Source of the DNA: Bacteriovoracaceae bacterium
GTDB taxonomy: Bacteria; Bdellovibrionota; Bacteriovoracia; Bacteriovoracales; Bacteriovoracaceae
Assembly (NCBI GenBank): GCA_049599895.1
Contig: JBMYPC010000040.1
Coordinates: 1 to 23,881, forward strand
Length of the DNA stretch: 23,881 bases
Reading direction: 5' to 3'
Position numbers and translations under genes: made by a program. The number at the start of each line of letters is the position of its first letter. Position 1 is the stretch's first letter. Shown here piece by piece: positions 17,638 through 23,881 of this stretch. Below the pieces are notes generated by a model. That model was not told the DNA's origin. It did no database searches and was given only the letters and a program-made list of their open reading frames with translations.

Positions 17638-18174
17638 ATGAAAACGCTGCAACTCGTACTTGTTACACTCCTTTCATTAGGTCTTGCTTCATGTGGGCAA
17701 ATTAAAGATAAAGCTGAGCCTCTAGCGAAAACTGCAGGAATCCAGAAAAACTCTGTTTCAGGTGTTCAAACATTTCTTTCAAATAAAATGCTGACAATGA
17801 AATCTCAAACTCCAGCAGCGAAAAATGCTAAAGCTTGTGCTCATGACGATAGCTACATCCTAAAAACAAGTGGTTCAGTTCTTCACATTCCAAATGCACT
17901 TTGTGGATCAGAAGTTGATGGACAACAAGTTGTTGGTTGGAAAGTCATCGAAAAAGAAGTTGAAGTTGCTGCAACAGAAGAAGGGGCTGAGCCTAAAAAA
18001 GTTAAAAAGGTTTACCTTGTTCAATCTCATAAAAATAACGAAATTGCAGAATATGAAGTTGCTGATTACACAGCTACTGAAATGACTCTTAAGTTTATCT
18101 TCACAGTTACTGAAGGTGAAGAAACACTATCTGAAGAATACACACTTGTTATGACAGTCGCTCCAGTTCTTTAA
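17638..18174 (+). CDS. Lipoprotein, possible lipocalin-like beta-barrel
   Basis: LASC lipobox; C..DD.Y.L...G...C...GW and YEVADYTATEMTL patterns; AAAGGA RBS; own terminator. Confidence 0.82.
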   Translation: MKTLQLVLVTLLSLGLASCGQIKDKAEPLAKTAGIQKNSVSGVQTFLSNKMLTMKSQTPAAKNAKACAHDDSYILKTSGSVLHIPNALCGSEVDGQQVVGWKVIEKEVEVAATEEGAEPKKVKKVYLVQSHKNNEIAEYEVADYTATEMTLKFIFTVTEGEETLSEEYTLVMTVAPVL

Positions 18175-18204
18175 TTTGAAGTAAATTAATCATTTCAAAT
18201 ATTT

Positions 18205-18230
18205 AAGCCCGGTTTTTACCGGGCTTTTTT
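18205..18230 (+). terminator. Intrinsic terminator
   Basis: AAGCCCGGT-TTTT-ACCGGGCTT followed by TTTT. Confidence 0.9.
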
Positions 18231-18330
18231 GTCTAATCTCTTTACAATCATGAAGTTCTTACATTTTTTCCCCTTTGAATCTCAAAATTAGATATACAGC
18301 GAAGTGTAAAAAACAAAAAAAGAGGATCCA

Positions 18331-18720
18331 ATGAAAAAATTCTTAATTTTAACGTTAATCCTTTCTTGTTTCTCTCTTGTCGCTCAAGACAAGAAACAAG
18401 TTGAAGAAGTTAAGAAACTCTCCCTGGATGAGACGGTTATTACAGTAGGAGAAAAGCTCCTTGAAATTCAGAGCTTAGTCGATGCACAAAAAATCAACAG
18501 TCGTTCCAACGGAATTTATATCAACGAACTTGATGCCTTAACAGATTCTCTAGGCGAGAGCACTTCGAGATTAGAAGAACTTGTCCAAAAAATTTATAAT
18601 GAGAATGAAAGGCAAAAACGAAGTAAAAAAGGTTTAAAGCTCACTGACCCAAGTATGGAAGAAGCTGGAAAAGCTGGAGTAAGACTCATGCTTATTTTAA
18701 AAGCTCTTAGCGGGAACTAA
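18331..18720 (+). CDS. Hypothetical secreted helical/coiled-coil protein
   Basis: Sec-type signal peptide (MKK...SLVA); GAGGA RBS; 129 aa. Confidence 0.8.
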   Translation: MKKFLILTLILSCFSLVAQDKKQVEEVKKLSLDETVITVGEKLLEIQSLVDAQKINSRSNGIYINELDALTDSLGESTSRLEELVQKIYNENERQKRSKKGLKLTDPSMEEAGKAGVRLMLILKALSGN

Positions 18721-18721
18721 T

Positions 18722-20443
18722 CTACTTAACGATCTTGCGCCCAATGAGCATCGCCTGAATAAAGCCGACAAAGCTTAAAAACCACAATGCCCAAGCAAGA
18801 AGTGGTACATCACTAAAGGATTTAAAAAACTTATTTTCAACTAAAAAAACACCAGCTAAAGAAAGAATCGAACAGGCAACAATCAATCCCATAACAACAA
18901 TGGCCTTTGCAAGCCTATCAGCTGCCTTTTCATGACCTGTATGAGTGAGCTCAAAGCGATAACCTCTTTTTGACCACTCTCTTAGGAACCACCTGATATG
19001 CCTAGGAATCGTTCTTGCCGAAGAAGAAAAGTCTTTTCCAAACCAAAGAAGCTCTTCAACGATATCATCTTTTGAAATACTATTAGAGGCAATTTCCTTG
19101 ATATCATCTTCTAATAACTCAAATAAATCGAGATCAAACTTTAATGATTTTCCTACTCCGTCTAAGGTCATCAGAGCGCGGAACACGATAAACCATTCTC
19201 GAGGAAGATAAATTCGGTGTTTATTAAGAGTTTTCACAATCTTTTGTAAAAGATCTGCAAAATCAGTCTGTTGAACAGTTAATCCCACATAAGGAGAAAG
19301 AGTTCCCCTTACATCTTGAATAAGAACATCGACATCGGGAATCTGTTCATAATCAGCGACGTCTAAAAACTCATAAACAAGATTTTCATAGTTAAAAGTC
19401 AAAAGAGCGTAAATGATGGCGACAAAATTCTTTCGGCCTTTCTTACCAAGACTGCCCACAAGACCAAAATCAATAAGACCAATCTTTCCATCAGGTCTGT
19501 AAAAGAAATTCCCACCGTGAAGATCCGCATGAAAAAACCCATCTTCAAGAAAGGACTTGATAAAGATTGTAATCCCATATTCAAGTTTAGGCTGAAGCTC
19601 TTCGCTGTATTCAAAGATCTTCCCTGAACTAAAACTCACTCCTTCCATAAACTCCATCACGAGAAGTTTTTCGGAAGTGTATTCATCATAAACTTTTGGA
19701 ATTGAAAAAAGGTCTTTGTGGTCTTGCTTAGCGATAATCTTTCGAATCCGATCGCAATTTAATGCTTCAATATTAAAGTTAAGCTCATTTGTTAAACTCT
19801 GCGAGAAATCTTCTAAAATCCTTGAGACTCCAAGAAACTTTATCTCATCACTAACTTTTTCAAGTTGGGAAACAAGAAAAATGACAATGGAGAAGTCCAT
19901 TTCAATTTGCTTTCGAATGTTAGGTCTTCGAACTTTAAGAACAACATCTTTTCCATCTTTAAGTTTGGCCTTAAACACAATACCAATTGAAGCCGTCCCT
20001 ATTGCTTTTTCATCAATGGAATCAAAGACATCTTCTATTTTAGCGCCAAGAGAGTTTTCAATATCACCACGAAGCTCACTTAAAGGAACAGACTTAACCT
20101 GATCTCTTAGCTTTAACATTTCATCAATAAATTCTTTATCAAAAAGATCTTCACGAGAACCCAGGAGCTGTCCAAACTTAATAAAGGTCGAACCAAGTTC
20201 TTCAAAGCATTGCCGTAATCTTGAACCGATAACTTTTGACAAATTTCCGCTTTCATCATCGAGGTTATCTAAGATAGATTTCTCTTTTGATTTGGGAATA
20301 ATCAGATTAGGAACTTTATTAGATAAGGCGCGAGAAAATAGTTCATCAAAACCATGGCGAGCAAAGATGCTTACGATCTCTTTGAGTCGCGATGCATTTC
20401 GAATCGTTTTTGTAATTCCAATGCCGGTTCTTATAAGGTCCAT
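18722..20443 (-). CDS. ABC1/AarF/UbiB-family atypical kinase with C-terminal membrane anchors
   Basis: FIKFGQ (KxGQ), GTASIGIV, VLKVRRP, FFHADLHGGN, IDFG; two C-terminal TM segments. Confidence 0.93.
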   Translation of the reverse strand: MDLIRTGIGITKTIRNASRLKEIVSIFARHGFDELFSRALSNKVPNLIIPKSKEKSILDNLDDESGNLSKVIGSRLRQCFEELGSTFIKFGQLLGSREDLFDKEFIDEMLKLRDQVKSVPLSELRGDIENSLGAKIEDVFDSIDEKAIGTASIGIVFKAKLKDGKDVVLKVRRPNIRKQIEMDFSIVIFLVSQLEKVSDEIKFLGVSRILEDFSQSLTNELNFNIEALNCDRIRKIIAKQDHKDLFSIPKVYDEYTSEKLLVMEFMEGVSFSSGKIFEYSEELQPKLEYGITIFIKSFLEDGFFHADLHGGNFFYRPDGKIGLIDFGLVGSLGKKGRKNFVAIIYALLTFNYENLVYEFLDVADYEQIPDVDVLIQDVRGTLSPYVGLTVQQTDFADLLQKIVKTLNKHRIYLPREWFIVFRALMTLDGVGKSLKFDLDLFELLEDDIKEIASNSISKDDIVEELLWFGKDFSSSARTIPRHIRWFLREWSKRGYRFELTHTGHEKAADRLAKAIVVMGLIVACSILSLAGVFLVENKFFKSFSDVPLLAWALWFLSFVGFIQAMLIGRKIVK

Positions 20444-20513
20444 GGATTCCCTGATATAATAATAATCTGCCTAGTACCTTAACATTATAGCGCAGCGGGT
20501 AAAATAGATTGAG

Positions 20514-21014
20514 ATGAGAAGATTTAACCTACTAATATTACTAACTCTTTTTCCGAGTATATTACTCGGCCAAGAAACCTGCTCACGAGCCGCTATCGTG
20601 AACCATCAAGAGATCCTAGTCGATACTAATAGTTCCACTAAGGGTGAAGGCCTACGTTATTATCTTGAAAAAGACCCGGAATCCTTGCAGCTTCTCGAAA
20701 AATATCAGGATGGAACCAGAGTTAAGTTTCTCAATGCAGCTCTAGGAACCACTTCTTCAGGCCTTCTCATAGCTGGTCTTTTAACCAATAAAGACAGTAA
20801 AAAACGCCAGACCCTAATCATTTCAGGTGCTGCTCTTTTACTTGTAAACTTTCTTTACTCAAAAACCCTTGAGCGATCTAACGAAGTCTATTTGCAAAAG
20901 GCCATTGATACATACAATAAAAGAAACCTTCCCAGAATCTACTTTAATATCGACCAACAAGATGGTGTTGAAACCGATTATCAAGTCATGTTAAATAAAG
21001 GTTGGAAGTTTTAA
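20514..21014 (+). CDS. Hypothetical exported/membrane protein
   Basis: Signal peptide plus an internal Gly/Ala-rich hydrophobic hairpin; first gene of a tightly spaced run. Confidence 0.8.
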   Translation: MRRFNLLILLTLFPSILLGQETCSRAAIVNHQEILVDTNSSTKGEGLRYYLEKDPESLQLLEKYQDGTRVKFLNAALGTTSSGLLIAGLLTNKDSKKRQTLIISGAALLLVNFLYSKTLERSNEVYLQKAIDTYNKRNLPRIYFNIDQQDGVETDYQVMLNKGWKF

Positions 21015-21027
21015 AAAAGAATAGGAA

Positions 21028-21336
21028 ATGACTCAGGTTAATAGCGAAGATCAAATTCATTGCCATAGCTGTAAAAAAGCTCTCGACATTGATCCCAATC
21101 AAAAGATCTTTAAATCTGAAGAATGCCCCTATTGTTATGCTGACCTTCGTTGCTGCAAGATGTGTTCATTTTATGACCCTTCGGCTTATAACGAATGTCG
21201 TGAGCCTAGTGCTCAAAGAGTTCTTGAAAAAGAAAAAGCAAATTTTTGCGATTTCTTCAAACTTCAGGGAGCTCAGTCTGAAGAAGAGAAAAAAGAGAAT
21301 CTTCTTTCAGCAGCAGACTCTCTTTTTAAAAAGTAA
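21028..21336 (+). CDS. Cys-rich putative metal-binding protein
   Basis: Nine Cys: CxxC, CxxC, CCxxC, C, C; C-terminal ADSLFKK. Confidence 0.85.
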   Translation: MTQVNSEDQIHCHSCKKALDIDPNQKIFKSEECPYCYADLRCCKMCSFYDPSAYNECREPSAQRVLEKEKANFCDFFKLQGAQSEEEKKENLLSAADSLFKK

Positions 21337-21356
21337 ATTAAATCAAAGGTAAACCC

Positions 21357-21836
21357 ATGAGTGACAAGTATCCTATTACTGAAGGTGGAAAAGAAAAAAT
21401 TGAAAAAGAGCTAGAACATCTTATTAAGGTGGAAAGAGAACAGCTTAAAACAACGATTGCTGAAGCCAGGGAGCTTGGTGACCTTAAAGAAAACGCTGAA
21501 TATCATTCAGCAAAAGAAAAACAGTCTCTCGTGGAAGGACGAATTTCTCAGCTTCAAGGAATTATCGCGAAGGCCCAAGTAATCAAAGTCTCCGAAGTTG
21601 AAAGTGATAAAATTGTTTTTGGTGCAACAGTTACTCTCTATGACACAGAAAAAGATACAGAAGTCACTTATCAGTTAGTTGGCCAAGATGAATCTGACAT
21701 GAGCCAAGGAAAAATTTCATATACATCACCCATAGGTAAGGCCTTGATGGGCAAAGAAGAAGGTGATCAAGTCACTGTTAAAGCTCCCAAAGGTGATGTG
21801 GAATACGAGGTTGTAAGCTTTGAGTTCAAAGACTAA
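21357..21836 (+). CDS. greA: Transcription elongation factor GreA
   Basis: PITEGG, ARELGDLKENAEYHSAKE, IVFGATV, ISYTSPIGKAL. Confidence 0.98.
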   Translation: MSDKYPITEGGKEKIEKELEHLIKVEREQLKTTIAEARELGDLKENAEYHSAKEKQSLVEGRISQLQGIIAKAQVIKVSEVESDKIVFGATVTLYDTEKDTEVTYQLVGQDESDMSQGKISYTSPIGKALMGKEEGDQVTVKAPKGDVEYEVVSFEFKD

Positions 21837-23881
21837 AAAAGAAAAACCCCCTCTTAAATGGGAGTCCTCTCTTTTAGATCTTTCGAGAACTAAAAAACCC
21901 ACTAAAACAATTCAAGGTCTTATGAATGCAGGGATAAAAACCCTAAGCGATCTGCTTTGGGTTTTCCCAAACTCTGTCGAGACAATTCCTCCACCTACAA
22001 GTTTCGATGAATTTGTTCCCAATGAGATGGCCCATGGAAAAGGGAAAATTGTCAGTGTTCGAGCAAGACCTAACTTCTACCGAAAAGGTAAACGAGGAAC
22101 TCTCCTACAGAATATCTCTCTCACTGTTAAAGATGAATCAAGCCAGGGAACGATCGAGTTAAAATTTTTCAACTGCTACCCTAATCAAAAGAAAAGATTT
22201 GAAGGTCTTGAAGAAATTTCTTTTTATGGAAAGTGCTCCGAATATCGTGGTGATTTGCAAATTGTTGCCGCAGAAGTTTTTGATAAAGATGGTGAAGTGG
22301 TTGACGACGATCCCACGACAAAACGAAACTATCCGACAATCTCAGGAATATCTGGAACCCAAACATTAAAACTCATTGATAAAATCCCCCTTCCTCTTTG
22401 GGAAGAAATCCCCGATATTATCGAGGAAAACTATCGAAAAGAGCACAATTTCATCCCTCTCAAAGAAGCTTTAAAGTCAATCCATGGACTGATTGAGCAT
22501 GATTCAAAGGATGTTAAAAACCGAATTATTTTTGAAGAACTTCTCGTTGATCAAATAAAAATTGAAGCACGTAAAAAAATGAGAAAAATTCTCCCAACAG
22601 AAACCATTACCTTTGAAAAAGTTGATTTTGAGGAAGCCACTAAACTTTTTCCCTACGAATTAACTCAAGGGCAAATCAAAACAATTCAGGAAGCTTTAGA
22701 AGATCTGGCTTCTGGACATCCCATGATGAGACTTGTTCAAGGGGATGTGGGGAGTGGAAAAACTTCTGTGGTCCTAGTCCTTGGAGACCTCCTTGCGAGA
22801 AAAAAATATCAGACGGCCATAATGTGTCCCACTGAAAGTCTGGCAAGACAACATTACTCAACATTTCAAAAATTATTTAAAGGTTCTAGCCGAACTATTG
22901 GTCTGTTAGTGGGAAGCCTAAAGGCAAAAGAAAAGAAAGAAATTTATGCAAAACTTGAAGCAGGTGAAATCGATATTGTGATTGGAACCCATGCGCTAAT
23001 TCAAAAAGATGTTCACTTCAAAAGTTTGAAACTTGCCGTTATCGATGAACAGCATAAGTTCGGAGTCAATCAAAGAATCACTCTTACTGAAAAAGGTGAT
23101 GGAACTCACTGTCTTGTGATGACTGCAACGCCCATTCCCCGCTCTCTTTGTATGACTCAATACGGAGATCTTGATGTCTCAGTGATTGCTGAAAAACCAA
23201 AAGGTCGCCAAGTTATTCAAACCCGAATGGTCGAAGAAGAAAACTTTCCAAAGTTCTTGGAATTTATGAAAAAGCATCTCGACTTAAATGAGCAAGCTTA
23301 TATTGTCGTTCCCGCAATTGAAGAAAGTGAGAACTTTGATTTTATGTATCTTGAGAAGGTCCTTGAGAGATTTAAAAAGTTTTTCCCTCAATACAATGTT
23401 GAAGGTGTTCACGGAAAATTAAAATCTCAAGAGAAGGATGACATTCTTAAGAGTTTTGAAAAAAATGAAATCCAAGTTATTGTCGCCACAAGTGTCGTTG
23501 AAGTCGGTATTGATGTTCCCAATTCAACAATCATCGCCATCTTAAGCCCCGAAAGGTTTGGCCTTAGCTCTCTTCATCAACTTCGGGGACGAGTGGGAAG
23601 AGGAGAGAAAAAGAGTTTTTGTTTTCTTATATGTGACAAATCAACTCCAAACTCATCGAAAAATAAGTTAAAAATCCTCGAGTTAACGGATGATGGTTTT
23701 CGAATTTCAGAAGAAGACCTCAAGAACCGTGGTCGCGGAGACCTCTTCGGAACTGCTCAGTCCGGTTACACAAGCCGCTACCAAATGGCCAATATCGTTG
23801 AACACGTCGACATCCTTTATCAGATCAAAAATGACTTTCAGAAAATTGTGGGGCCAGAATTTAATTTAGAGGATATAATTT
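21820..23881 (+). CDS. recG: ATP-dependent DNA helicase RecG (3' end beyond window)
   Basis: Absent from the track, hand-translated. QGDVGSGKT, IDEQHKFGV, MTATPIPRS, LHQLRGRVGR and TRG motif DGFRISEEDLKNRGRGDLFGTAQSG. Probable TTG start at 21820 after GAGGT; ATG 21922 is an alternative. Confidence 0.96.
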   Translation, partial: MSSKTKKEKPPLKWESSLLDLSRTKKPTKTIQGLMNAGIKTLSDLLWVFPNSVETIPPPTSFDEFVPNEMAHGKGKIVSVRARPNFYRKGKRGTLLQNISLTVKDESSQGTIELKFFNCYPNQKKRFEGLEEISFYGKCSEYRGDLQIVAAEVFDKDGEVVDDDPTTKRNYPTISGISGTQTLKLIDKIPLPLWEEIPDIIEENYRKEHNFIPLKEALKSIHGLIEHDSKDVKNRIIFEELLVDQIKIEARKKMRKILPTETITFEKVDFEEATKLFPYELTQGQIKTIQEALEDLASGHPMMRLVQGDVGSGKTSVVLVLGDLLARKKYQTAIMCPTESLARQHYSTFQKLFKGSSRTIGLLVGSLKAKEKKEIYAKLEAGEIDIVIGTHALIQKDVHFKSLKLAVIDEQHKFGVNQRITLTEKGDGTHCLVMTATPIPRSLCMTQYGDLDVSVIAEKPKGRQVIQTRMVEEENFPKFLEFMKKHLDLNEQAYIVVPAIEESENFDFMYLEKVLERFKKFFPQYNVEGVHGKLKSQEKDDILKSFEKNEIQVIVATSVVEVGIDVPNSTIIAILSPERFGLSSLHQLRGRVGRGEKKSFCFLICDKSTPNSSKNKLKILELTDDGFRISEEDLKNRGRGDLFGTAQSGYTSRYQMANIVEHVDILYQIKNDFQKIVGPEFNLEDII

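Overview
AT-rich bacterial chromosomal window in standard code 11 (TAA, TAG and TGA all end clear genes). Gene content and protein style suggest a Bdellovibrionota/Bacteriovoracaceae-like organism, which is an inference. From left to right: a tightly coupled minus-strand operon (AMP nucleosidase with a Lys-rich tail, mreB, unknown lipoprotein, OppB/OppC-type permeases, nagZ); a divergent 33-aa highly basic small ORF missed by the ORF track; a TPR + periplasmic-binding-fold (LpoA/LppC-like) lipoprotein; hemW-grpE-dnaK-dnaJ with no hrcA but an RpoH-like promoter; a fused M16 zinc peptidase; a small accessory patch (conserved hypothetical, a gene broken by two in-frame stops, a lipocalin-like lipoprotein, a secreted helical protein); an ABC1/UbiB kinase; and an operon of a membrane protein, a Cys-rich protein, greA and recG (recG runs off the end). 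I saw no rRNA, tRNA, CRISPR array or mobile element. Most of the window is housekeeping. The best novelty candidates are the small basic protein and the amn-mreB-lipoprotein-oppBC-nagZ operon.
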